From NCBI GenBank assembly GCA_963663405.2, contig CAXXSM010000144.1:22082-86081 (forward strand): DNA of 64,000 bases, read 5' to 3'. This document shows, in pieces, positions 1-9,481 of the stretch. The DNA is from a bacterium. GTDB taxonomy: Bacteria > Hinthialibacterota > Hinthialibacteria > Hinthialibacterales > Hinthialibacteraceae. A program made the position numbers and the translations under genes. The notes under the pieces are model-generated. The model saw nothing but the letters and a program-made list of their open reading frames with translations. It was not told where the DNA came from and ran no database searches. How positions within the stretch are numbered: the first letter of the stretch is position 1; each line of letters starts with the position of its first letter.

Positions 1-560
1 TCGCACGCGCGCCATTCCCACACGATTTCCCCCTGACGATTCACTTCACACACTCGATCTCCCTTAATTTTTAATTTCCGCCGTTGGGGATTCTCAATCC
101 GGGCTTTATATTTTTCTGGGATGAATTCGTTACATATAAATAGTGTATTTCCATTTTCGAGCCGTTGGAAATCATGATGGGGTCCGACGGGAAAATCCAA
201 TTCCCAAACGAGATTCCCATCCCAATCCACTTCGATCAACCGGTTTCGGCCTTGGAATGTATCATCCGGTGGATCAACCTTGTCCCAGGAATACATCAAT
301 ACAAGGTTCCCATTCTGAAGCAGCTGCATCCGGTCGTAGCCTTGAACGTTTTTCCAAAGATGAACGATATTCCCATTCATGTCCATCACCATGGGATACC
401 GCCACTGCCCTTGATAGAATGCGAGAAGATACCCATTCGCGCATTCTTCAGGTGAGTATATCGTCACCCCGGTTGGATAGACACTAGGCAGAGAAACCGC
501 CTGTTGCCCCAAAGCGGTTAATATCAAAAAACATATTCCCATAACAGCGGTCTTATACAT
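1..560 (-). CDS. Arylsulfotransferase (ASST)-like beta-propeller protein; 3' end runs off the window
   Basis: Manual translation MYKTAVMGICFLILTALGQQAVSLPSVYPTGVTIYSPEECANGY...MDMNGNIVHLW...LIEVDWDGNLVWE...PHHDFQRLENGNTL; GGAG just before the ATG; paralog of 2015-3258. Confidence 0.8.
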   Translation of the reverse strand, partial: MYKTAVMGICFLILTALGQQAVSLPSVYPTGVTIYSPEECANGYLLAFYQGQWRYPMVMDMNGNIVHLWKNVQGYDRMQLLQNGNLVLMYSWDKVDPPDDTFQGRNRLIEVDWDGNLVWELDFPVGPHHDFQRLENGNTLFICNEFIPEKYKARIENPQRRKLKIKGDRVCEVNRQGEIVWEWRAC

Positions 561-689
561 CTCCATGACCTTCCTATAACGCCTATGTACGAGTATTCGT
601 TAGCGGCTTATGTTTCCTCTTTTTTAGTAGCATAATGGTATGAAAGAGCTGCGCGAAGGATTCGCGTCTGACAACATTGGAGTCTCTGT

Positions 690-1977
690 ATGCGGCGCCC
701 AGAAATTCATCGAATTAATTTGTTTGATCCGTTTCTTCACTCATTATCATATCCTATTGCCGTAGTGATCGGCATTCTTCTCATAACATGTTGTGGGGAA
801 CCGAATAATATCAATACCGAAGCGAACTTTCCCGATCCCAATTTCCGCACAGGAGTCGAAGAATTCATGCAAATCGCCCCAGGGGGTGGTTTTTCCGCTC
901 AACAAGCGGCGGCGAAAACCGGTCTTTTGGATTGTGCGCGCCGCCACATTCGAACTCTGGCTGGACTGGAATATTTCCTCAACATTACCCGTCTGAATTG
1001 CAGTGAGAATTATCAATTGCGTGAACTCGATCTTTCCCATAACACCGCATTGATCGAACTCGATTGCAGTTGGGGAATCCTTCAACGCCTTGATCTCTCG
1101 CACAATCCACTCCTGACTGTAGTGAACTGTGAACGGAACTGGCTGACTTCGCTCGATCTCTCTCACAATCCGGAACTCATTCGCCTCAATTGCCGGGGAA
1201 ACGCTCTTACGGCGCTTGATACAAAAAACAATCCAGAATTGACTTGGCTCGATTGCAGTTGGAATCAACTCCGCACACTCGATTTCTCTGACAATCCTCA
1301 GTTGTCTTCTTTATATTGCCAATACAATAACCTGATCGATCTAAATCTCTTGCAAAACCAGAACATGTCCACCCTCTATTTCGGCCGGAACGGATTGACC
1401 CAATTGAAAGTCTCCTTAAACGCGTATTGGATGGAACTGAACGGATTGAATAATGCGAAAACTGACATCCATCGCGGGGGATGTTCTCTATGCCTGTGAT
1501 TTCGATCGGGAGGGGAATCCGCAGGGATGGTTGGGAAATACAGAGTTATCTTCTCTCACTGTATCGAATGGCCGGCTTCAAACACGCGTTCAAGGCGCCA
1601 ATCCATTACTTCACTGCGCCGGTCTCGCGATCCCCTCTGAATCACTGCGTGTCGCGCTTATCACACTCTCCACTTCACAAACAGGAGAAATAGAAATCCA
1701 TTTCAAAACGAAAGACCGGGATGTATACGCGGGAAATATTGTCTGCCGGACAACAAAAACAAGAACCCGCTATCTCTTTCTCTACAGCTGTTTGGAAACG
1801 GGCGAAATCGTGGAAGAGATTCACATCGTACCATCGCAAGAAGCAGGCTGTTCAATTATAATCGACTCGATTCAACTAATCGGTCTACGTGACGCGAAGG
1901 ATGTTCTTCAAGACGTCTCTCATCCTGTCATGGACAAAGCCTACGAGGAAGCGCTGCGGTCGTATGGGTATTGGTAG
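690..1977 (+). CDS. LRR (internalin-like) secreted/lipoprotein with C-terminal beta-sandwich; one frameshift near 1460 (ORFs 690-1499 + 1453-1977)
   Basis: FPDPNFR cap and LxxLDCSxNxLxxLDLSxNxxL repeats; joined ORFs are colinear with the intact paralog 3426-4589; extra A in an A-run at 1458-1461. Confidence 0.8.
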
Positions 1978-2014
1978 TGAATGAGCGCTGATAAGGGGGA
2001 ATTGATTAGAGAAT

Positions 2015-3258
2015 TCACTCCGCCGCTTTCCCCACTGGAGCGGGCATCGCATTTCGTAAATCAACAGGCGTCTCAACAGGCGCCCCTAGCGCCTGCAATT
2101 GCGGACACCAGTCGTAAGGGTACCGCTTCGGTCTTAACGGTTTATACGCGGGAACGAATTCCCATACAGTCTCCCCTTGCGGCGTCACTTCGAAAATACG
2201 TTCATCCGCCGAAACGACAATAACGGTGTTACCGTTTTTTAACCGTTGTTCCGATCCCGCGAAAGCCGAAAAAAAACGAAAAACTGGCTCGTTCCGAACC
2301 ATACGACCAGGCAATTTCATCCATTACCGGATCGACTTCCAATACATATGAATGTCCCGCATGTTGAATGTCACGGTACGAAATGCCATTATCAAAAACC
2401 AGGATATTGCCCGCCCCCGGAAAACCGAGTGGAATCATTCTCGCTTCGTGTTGATGGGCGAATCCACCCCGAAAATCGCCTGAATACTCCCAAACAATAT
2501 TTTTTGTTTCTTTATCGATTAAGAAGATCGTATTCAAGTTCCGTGTGCTAATCAGTACGTTTCCCGGTTTGAAACGAGTATCCCCATTTTTGATACCAGG
2601 GATTTTCTGGAATGGCTTGTAGAGAATTTAGATGCGTCCAATCGGTCAAACCCTCCGATGGCGTGTAGTGATTCAAGTCCAGATGTTTGTATGAATGCCA
2701 TTCCCATACTGTTTTACCCTCATTGTCGATTTCAAAGATTAGGGCGGCTTGTATATTCTCGTGATTTCGCCGTTTGGGATCTGTGATTTTGGCTTTGTAT
2801 TCATCTGGAACCGATTCATTGAAATTGATCAATGTATTCCCATTGTCTAATCTCTGAAAATCATGATGAGGCGTGCGTTCCGTATTATATTCCCATACTT
2901 TTTCCCCGTCCCAATTCAACTCGATCAAACGGTTTGTTTCATTTCGGATTCGGTCTCTCGGTTCTGTTCCACTGCTGCCTGTGCAGAATGTCAGTAAATT
3001 ACCGTTCCGCAACAGCTGCGCCCGGTCGAACGCGCGAACCGTGTCCCAAATATGAACGATTCGTCCGTTCATGTCCATCAAGGCGGGATAGTATTCCTTA
3101 TACAGCAACAAGGTATATCCATTGCCACATTTTTCTGGTTGATAAATTGTCACACCTTTTGGATAGACAGCCGGTTTGGACATCACCAAACGAGGCCCTT
3201 CCATCAACAACACCAATAGCAATCCAATTCCAAAGAAACTGATTGACTTCGATCGCAT
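2015..3258 (-). CDS. Arylsulfotransferase (ASST)-like protein, split by two frameshifts (ORFs 2548-3351, 2229-2537, 2015-2320)
   Basis: Signal peptide MRSKSISFF, PAVYPKGVTIY, HHDFQRLDNGNTL, DWTHLNS, AHQHEARMI, NILVFDNG, QRLKNGNT, FEVTPQGETVWEF. Confidence 0.8.
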
Positions 3259-3425
3259 ACTATCACCTTTCGCATCGTTTATGATCTTGAAAAAAATCAC
3301 GTTGCGTGTTTTCGCGTAACCAACGCGCCCCTTCGAAGCGAGTCCATTCAATAGGATAATAGAATCGCGGGACTACGCGAAGGATCAGAGATAATCCCGC
3401 CTTATTTTAAAACGGGAGTGGAGGA

Positions 3426-4589
3426 ATGATTGTATTCTTTGAACGTAAAATACGCAGGCGGCAAATGACACTCTCATCCAGTTTGAATTGGATGGGACTC
3501 TTTTTCCTTCTTTTGCTTGCGGTCTTTTCTTGCGATGAATCGGGAAACATTAATACACCAGAATATTTTCCCGATCCGAATTTCCGCGCGGCGGTTGAAG
3601 AATATATGGGGATTGAGTCAGATGGAGTCTTTACCGCGGAGCAAGCCGCCGAAAAAACGGAACCGTTCGACTGCAGCCGACGTTTTATCGAGAACCTGAC
3701 GGGTATCGAATATTTCACCAGCCTGACGCATCTTAACTGCAGCCATAACTATCAACTTCGTCAACTCGATCTCACAAAGAATAAAAATTTGATCGGATTG
3801 AACTGCAGTTGGTCTTTACTTCGGACACTCGATCTCTCCCCGAACACAGAACTGGTTAATCTCGATTGCAGTCAAAATTCACTGCAAACACTCGATTTTT
3901 CATCTAATTCCGAATTGTCGCGCTTATACTGTCAATACAATCAGCTGGTCGATGTAAATCTGTTGAAAAACCATCTTCTTTCGATTCTCTATATCGGCTC
4001 GAATCCACTGAAAGAATTAAAACTCTCCCCAAACGCATTTTTAAAACAAATCAACGCTTTTGATCTTCCACTTACTTCCGTCAGCGGTCATGTTGTCTAC
4101 CAATGTGATTTCAACCGGGACGGAGATATGAAAGGCTGGAAACCGAATGAACAGATGACTCCGCCAAAAGTCGCGTATGGAAGGCTCCAAGCGCGCGCCA
4201 CTGATGAAGATCCGATCCTAACCCGTTCTGGATTGAATCTACCTGCGCAAAACCTGCGGGCTGTTATCGTCAATCTCTTCACCAACCAACCCTCCCACGC
4301 CGAAATCTTCTTTATTACCAAGAAAAACAGGTTTTTTAAAATCGGCCGCCGATATTTCGAAGGCGCCGGAACAAAAACAATCGTTTTCTTTCTCTATAAA
4401 AAGTTTCGAAAAGGGGAAATCTTGAAAGCGATCCGCATCGATCCCACCTACCAGCCCGGCGCTCAATTCGCTCTCTATTCAATTCAATTAATCGCATCCA
4501 ACGCCAATGGGGCGATTCCGGAAACAGATGAATTGAATGATGTGGATTCGCCGCAGATGGAAACCCTGAAAACACATCAATACTGGTAA
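3426..4589 (+). CDS. LRR secreted/lipoprotein with C-terminal beta-sandwich domain
   Basis: Lipobox-like AVFSC, FPDPNFR cap, LRR repeats, C-terminal YW. Confidence 0.85.
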   Translation: MIVFFERKIRRRQMTLSSSLNWMGLFFLLLLAVFSCDESGNINTPEYFPDPNFRAAVEEYMGIESDGVFTAEQAAEKTEPFDCSRRFIENLTGIEYFTSLTHLNCSHNYQLRQLDLTKNKNLIGLNCSWSLLRTLDLSPNTELVNLDCSQNSLQTLDFSSNSELSRLYCQYNQLVDVNLLKNHLLSILYIGSNPLKELKLSPNAFLKQINAFDLPLTSVSGHVVYQCDFNRDGDMKGWKPNEQMTPPKVAYGRLQARATDEDPILTRSGLNLPAQNLRAVIVNLFTNQPSHAEIFFITKKNRFFKIGRRYFEGAGTKTIVFFLYKKFRKGEILKAIRIDPTYQPGAQFALYSIQLIASNANGAIPETDELNDVDSPQMETLKTHQYW

Positions 4590-4607
4590 TCCCACTGGAC
4601 TCGACAA

Positions 4608-5078
4608 ATGAAACAAACGATTGTCATTCTTCTCAGCGGCTTAACCGCCGCCGCTATTATCATTTACCTTTTTACCAACGTCTTCATTTCGGACGAAACG
4701 AGAGTTCTTCGCACAATCGAACGAGGCCGGCAGGCGGTAATCGATGGCTCGATTCTTACACTTTCCGGCCTCCTAACGCCTACATACCAAGATAGCAGTG
4801 GGATGGATCGATCGATGGTCTTGGCGGCGCTGCGCCGTTTCTTCCAAGAAACCGCAAACCGTCAAGTGAATGTGCATGATATTTCGGTTCAGATCTCCGG
4901 TGAACGAGCCGATGTCCACATCGAATTTACGTTGCGAACTGGAGAAAAAAACACCGCGAGTCTGCAATCGTCTTCACTGAATGCAGTCTCATATTCAATA
5001 CGAGCCGTACTCATAAAGGAAGATGGAAATTGGCTGATCGATCGAACCGTACATGAAGAAAAACAAATCAAAATTTAA
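4608..5078 (+). CDS. Membrane-anchored NTF2/SnoaL-like (DUF4440-like) protein
   Basis: N-terminal TM helix; YQDSSG...ISVQISGERADV...KEDGNWLI pattern. Confidence 0.6.
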   Translation: MKQTIVILLSGLTAAAIIIYLFTNVFISDETRVLRTIERGRQAVIDGSILTLSGLLTPTYQDSSGMDRSMVLAALRRFFQETANRQVNVHDISVQISGERADVHIEFTLRTGEKNTASLQSSSLNAVSYSIRAVLIKEDGNWLIDRTVHEEKQIKI

Positions 5079-5151
5079 TGACCGGACTGGTTTTTTTCTT
5101 CATTTTGTGGCAGGATAAGGAACGAAAATAAGATAAACAGGAACGAACGCT

Positions 5152-5478
5152 TTGAGTTATAAATTGGATGTTCAATACGAATCGGCCTTGTACGTCAGCT
5201 TAAGCGGAGCCATCGACGCCGTTTCTTCCGAAGAGTTTTCAAACGGTCTCATCGAAAAAATTGACCGCGCTTCGGAAACATTGATTGTCATTGATCTGGA
5301 GGGATTGGAATTTCTGAACAGCATGGGATTGGGCGCGATTATCCGCGTCTGGAACGCTGTCGATGTACAAGGGAAGAAAATTCGTATTCTGGCCAGCCGC
5401 CGCATTGCTGAGGTGTTTCGCGTCTCCCACATCGACACTCTAATCGAACTCCATGTCATGGACACTCCCGAAGAATAA
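5152..5478 (+). CDS. STAS-domain anti-sigma factor antagonist
   Basis: LSGAIDA...IVIDLEGLEFLNSMGLG (SpoIIAA-type motif). Confidence 0.85.
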   Translation: MSYKLDVQYESALYVSLSGAIDAVSSEEFSNGLIEKIDRASETLIVIDLEGLEFLNSMGLGAIIRVWNAVDVQGKKIRILASRRIAEVFRVSHIDTLIELHVMDTPEE

Positions 5479-5484
5479 TCATTT

Positions 5485-5733
5485 TATATGAAAATGAGTC
5501 GCGGGAGAAATCTCGAACGAGTAAATCTAAGAAACTCATTTTTATATAAACCCGCATGATTGAAATCACAACTGCAAATGAAAATGAGTCGCGGAAGAGA
5601 TTGCAAGTGAGATAGTTATCTAAACTCATTTTCATATAAACTATCATGATTTGAGATCACAACGTGCAAATGAAAATGAGTTGCGGGAGCAAATTCGAAC
5701 GAGAAAGCTTTAGGAACTCATTTTCATATAAAA
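5485..5733 (+). repeat. Three tandem ~90-bp palindromic units (ATGAAAATGAGT...ACTCATTTTCAT); family A
   Basis: ATGAAAATGAGTYGCGG at 5488, 5578 and 5670, each closed by AACTCATTTTYATATAAA. Confidence 0.85.
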
Positions 5734-5745
5734 GAGCGTATATTT

Positions 5746-7734
5746 ATGAATCAAGTGAAAGAGTCACAATCCTCTCAACAAACCATTCAAGACCTCTCAA
5801 TACATAACAATATAGTCAACGTCTCAATTCTGCCTTTTTTTATTCTGGGCTGGTGGGGATGTTTTATTTTGTATCCACAATGGTATCTCCCTGGACGTGA
5901 AGACTTGCGTTTTTATTTTTGCGCTTTGTTATTTCTGATTTTGACCGTCTGCGCCTGGATTCTTCACTCTTTGATCAACGAGCGCCGGTATGAGGGTGTA
6001 CAAATTGACACTGGACAACCGGACCAATTCTTCTTTCTTATTCTTTTTGCCATTGCGTCTGTCTTGCATCTTCCCTTTCTCGGACTCCCAATTATTTCCG
6101 GCCTGGATACGATCGACCACGCCGCGATTCCCGCGGTCGTCGCTTCGCGCCTCGTTAAAACAATCTCGGCGGCTGTTGGTTTTTCCGTACAGCCGTTCTT
6201 AACCGCGCTGGCAATCGTAATTCTGGGCGCTTTCCTTTGGCCCCAATGCCGGGCGCGGATATTGGATGTATGGCGAACCATCGCCTCATGGATCAGTCTC
6301 CATCTCTGGTTTTCCCTCGCCATTCTAGCGGGGGTAACCGCTGCCTACGCGTGGGTATTGATCCAATTCACTATTCCGGAACGATTCGGTGATCTCTCAC
6401 TGATTTTCCGGTATCCACCGCTCTCGAAATTGATCCTGATTCCTTTCTATATCCTATTCGGTTTGCAAGAATGGATCGGCCGCGTTATACAGATCGCCTT
6501 TTCATATGGGGGCGCTGTATATCTCTACCGGTTGACCGGATTGTTCGCTCCCCAATCCGCCGCTCGCGCCGCGGCCATTCTCTTTGTTTTTCTGCCTCCT
6601 GTCTTTCACTATGGGAATACCCACATGATCGAAGGCGGCACATTGTTCTTTGTCGCAGCCTCTTTTTATTACCTGATTCGCTCATTGGAAAGCGATGGGG
6701 CAGGTGATCTGATCAAAGGGATCGTATTCTGCGCGTTTGGGTGTCTCTATAAACATCCGGTGGTAAGTGTGATTCCCGCTTTCGCGCTCATGACCGTCTA
6801 TGATTTTTTCTTTCCTAAAGGCACTAAGCCCATTCGGCCGTTTTGGGCGCCGGTTAAAGGCTTGATTATCCCAGCGGTGACGGTATTGGTATACATGAAA
6901 TTGTCGTCATTCAATAGTGATGTCCCATCCGATCTTTTTTTCCCCACATTTGAGCGGATGGCCGCCAACCTGCGCGCGGTGGCGCTGGGGGTTACTCTCC
7001 CTATCGCGCTTTCCTTTTTAGGGGGGATGATCTACTTGGCGTTCTGGCGCCGGGACCGGTTGTTCTGGTTTCTACTTAGTTGGATAGGAACGCATTTTAT
7101 TTTGAGTTGTATGTCAGATGTATACGCCAACGTGCGTCAATCACTGCCCTACTATGTAGGCGCCATTGTGGCGGCGTCCATTTTCATTGACGCGATGGCG
7201 GATATGTGTGGTAATAGAAAAAAGTTGATATTATATGGAATCCTGCCCGTTTGGCTGCTTTGGGCCTGCCTTTTGATGAACCGCGTCCAAGACATTCACC
7301 TCATCGGCAGGGCGATGGGAGACCGTTCCTATGTGAATCTGACCAATTGGAAAGATTCCTATATCCCGTATGACGCGATCATTCAAGATTTAAAAGAAAC
7401 CACCGCGCCCGGTGATACGATCTACGCGCCAATGGCTAATGAGCCGGTCAAATTTTACATAGAAAAATATGATTTCCATGATCGCCGTTACATCCGGGAT
7501 GAGTGGGGGCCCATCAATCATTCTACACCTGGATTGCTGATTGAATTTTGCCTGCGAAACGAGGTGGATTGGCTTTTATTGCCACGAGGCAAGTGGCTGA
7601 TTAATTATGGGAATCTTGGATTGGTTGAATCTCTTTTTCAATTCCCCCCCGAACGTTTTCAACCAGTCAAAGATTATACTTTCGGGAATACGAAAGTTCG
7701 ATTGTGGAAGATCAAGCGCCTTTTCTTACCATAA
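5746..7734 (+). CDS. GT39/ArnT/PMT_2-family (GT-C) membrane glycosyltransferase
   Basis: Multi-TM protein with RYPPL...GRVIQ, and KHP after GCLY. Confidence 0.7.
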   Translation: MNQVKESQSSQQTIQDLSIHNNIVNVSILPFFILGWWGCFILYPQWYLPGREDLRFYFCALLFLILTVCAWILHSLINERRYEGVQIDTGQPDQFFFLILFAIASVLHLPFLGLPIISGLDTIDHAAIPAVVASRLVKTISAAVGFSVQPFLTALAIVILGAFLWPQCRARILDVWRTIASWISLHLWFSLAILAGVTAAYAWVLIQFTIPERFGDLSLIFRYPPLSKLILIPFYILFGLQEWIGRVIQIAFSYGGAVYLYRLTGLFAPQSAARAAAILFVFLPPVFHYGNTHMIEGGTLFFVAASFYYLIRSLESDGAGDLIKGIVFCAFGCLYKHPVVSVIPAFALMTVYDFFFPKGTKPIRPFWAPVKGLIIPAVTVLVYMKLSSFNSDVPSDLFFPTFERMAANLRAVALGVTLPIALSFLGGMIYLAFWRRDRLFWFLLSWIGTHFILSCMSDVYANVRQSLPYYVGAIVAASIFIDAMADMCGNRKKLILYGILPVWLLWACLLMNRVQDIHLIGRAMGDRSYVNLTNWKDSYIPYDAIIQDLKETTAPGDTIYAPMANEPVKFYIEKYDFHDRRYIRDEWGPINHSTPGLLIEFCLRNEVDWLLLPRGKWLINYGNLGLVESLFQFPPERFQPVKDYTFGNTKVRLWKIKRLFLP

Positions 7735-7784
7735 GAATCATTGTTGAATCAAAAAACGGCCAAAACACTCTCATTGAATCACGT

Positions 7785-7811
7785 AAAAAAGGCGGCCAAA
7801 ATGACCGCCTT
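7785..7811 (-). terminator. Rho-independent terminator
   Basis: Minus strand AAGGCGGTCATTTTGGCCGCC followed by T6, downstream of 7848. Confidence 0.7.
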
Positions 7812-7847
7812 AATTGTACCTCGTTTTAATTGATTCGCTGTGATGAA

Positions 7848-9176
7848 TTATTTATCGTAACCCAACGCTGGACAGTAGAAAGATCCTTCATTCAGCTCGA
7901 TGGTTTCATCAATCGTTTCGCTCTCAGGGGTGTCAAAGATTGGCTGGATAAATTCCGTATGAGTCGTGACTTCGATGAATGAAACGATTCTCATTCCGAG
8001 CGCGGTCATCTCATCGGTATTCTCAATGGCCAGATCGCTGAAACCAAAGAAACGCTTTTGAACATCAGTCATCCCAGTCATCAAGAGCAGGATATTCTGC
8101 GCCAATGAATTGGTGAACTCGCCGACGGTTGTCCCTTCAAAATCAATCGAAGCGTCTGTGGCGCCACTCAAGTTCACCAGCAAACCGAATATATAATCCT
8201 CCACATCCGTCACTTCCGGAACCGGTAAAAGTTCAGAGCGGATCAATCCACGTGTGGGAATTGGAGTTACCTCAGTGTTCTGATCGGGATTCTCTTCTCC
8301 TTCGCCGGGTTTGTCTTGGATGCGTTCATTGATCATCTCAATTTGCTCGACGATGGTCGCCGCCAAATCAGAGCTGTATTCCGCCAAAGTTTTGTTCATT
8401 ATTTCTTCGACACTATCGGGCATTGGGATCCGCCGTGTATCGTCAGTGGTTTGCGCTTCTTCCACCCGAATCAGAACTTCGAAGTTCTCAATCGCTGTCT
8501 CTTCCCAGGAGCGTTGATACACGAGTTTAATACTCGTCTCACCCACGGATATCGCCTGGAAGTAATAAGACCGCACTCCGCCACTTCCAATCAGTTCAGT
8601 GTTCCCAATGACGAAATCCGTATTTTGAAGAGCAACCACCTGTTCATCCACGGATACGAGTTCCCACAGGTAGCCCGTGCTGGGATTCTCGGACAGTTGA
8701 ATCACGATCGATGCCCCTGGATTGACGCCAAACGCTTCGCCATTGGTTCCCATTCGTTGATCGATGTACAATGTGTTCGCATTGATATTATCAACATCGA
8801 TCCCAATGCACACATCCGGATCGTAAGGGAAAGGAAATTCCGTATCTGTTTCCCCATCTGTTGGACTGGGTATGAAATCCGGTTCTTCCGGGAGAGGAAC
8901 TTCAACATCAACTAAATCAATTCCAATGAACTCATTCGGATCGTAAGGAAAAGGAAATTCCGTATCCGGTTTTGTCTCTCCATCCGGCAGAGAGGGCATG
9001 ATGTCTGGACGATCGGGGAGAGGACTATCTATATCTTTCGCTCCGGAATCTGGATTGACTACATCCACTACGACCGCATTGCCTTCCGAAACGCTGATTC
9101 CTTGCGCCATGCTCGATTGAACTAGGCAAGCCAGCGCCGCAAATACAGTTATCGTTCGAATCATTGATTTACACAT
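7848..9176 (-). CDS. Secreted acidic protein with chagasin (I42 protease inhibitor) domain
   Basis: LSENPSTGYLW...GSGG...YQRSWE chagasin motifs; signal peptide from MCKSMIRT; AGGAG RBS. Confidence 0.8.
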   Translation of the reverse strand: MCKSMIRTITVFAALACLVQSSMAQGISVSEGNAVVVDVVNPDSGAKDIDSPLPDRPDIMPSLPDGETKPDTEFPFPYDPNEFIGIDLVDVEVPLPEEPDFIPSPTDGETDTEFPFPYDPDVCIGIDVDNINANTLYIDQRMGTNGEAFGVNPGASIVIQLSENPSTGYLWELVSVDEQVVALQNTDFVIGNTELIGSGGVRSYYFQAISVGETSIKLVYQRSWEETAIENFEVLIRVEEAQTTDDTRRIPMPDSVEEIMNKTLAEYSSDLAATIVEQIEMINERIQDKPGEGEENPDQNTEVTPIPTRGLIRSELLPVPEVTDVEDYIFGLLVNLSGATDASIDFEGTTVGEFTNSLAQNILLLMTGMTDVQKRFFGFSDLAIENTDEMTALGMRIVSFIEVTTHTEFIQPIFDTPESETIDETIELNEGSFYCPALGYDK

Positions 9177-9403
9177 TATTCTGGATCTCCTATAGTGTAA
9201 TACTGGTTTTAATACCGGTTTTTCTTTGATTGTGTAGTGATTCCTGCGAGATCTCACGTCCAACACCTACACATATGTATATTCGATGAATGATCATATC
9301 TTTCAAAAAATGTTTAATGGGAAGGAGAATAATTGATAAGCGTCAATGGGGATTTTTTCTGATCCTTGTTATAAAAACCGTAGTGGAATGCGAGCAATCG
9401 CAC

Positions 9404-9433
9404 AAAAAAAGGGCCCGGATTTAATCCGGGCCC
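9404..9433 (-). terminator. Rho-independent terminator
   Basis: GGGCCCGGAT-TTA-ATCCGGGCCC stem with T7 on the minus strand. Confidence 0.85.
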
Positions 9434-9481
9434 AGTGTCATTCATGTTAATGGATTCAGCGCATCGAATTCCCGTGTGCGC

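Noticed and set aside
5485-5733. CRISPR array or integron attC array
   Set aside because: The variable segment lies inside the inverted repeat, the units are degenerate, there are no cas genes, attC cores or cassette ORFs, and solo copies are dispersed
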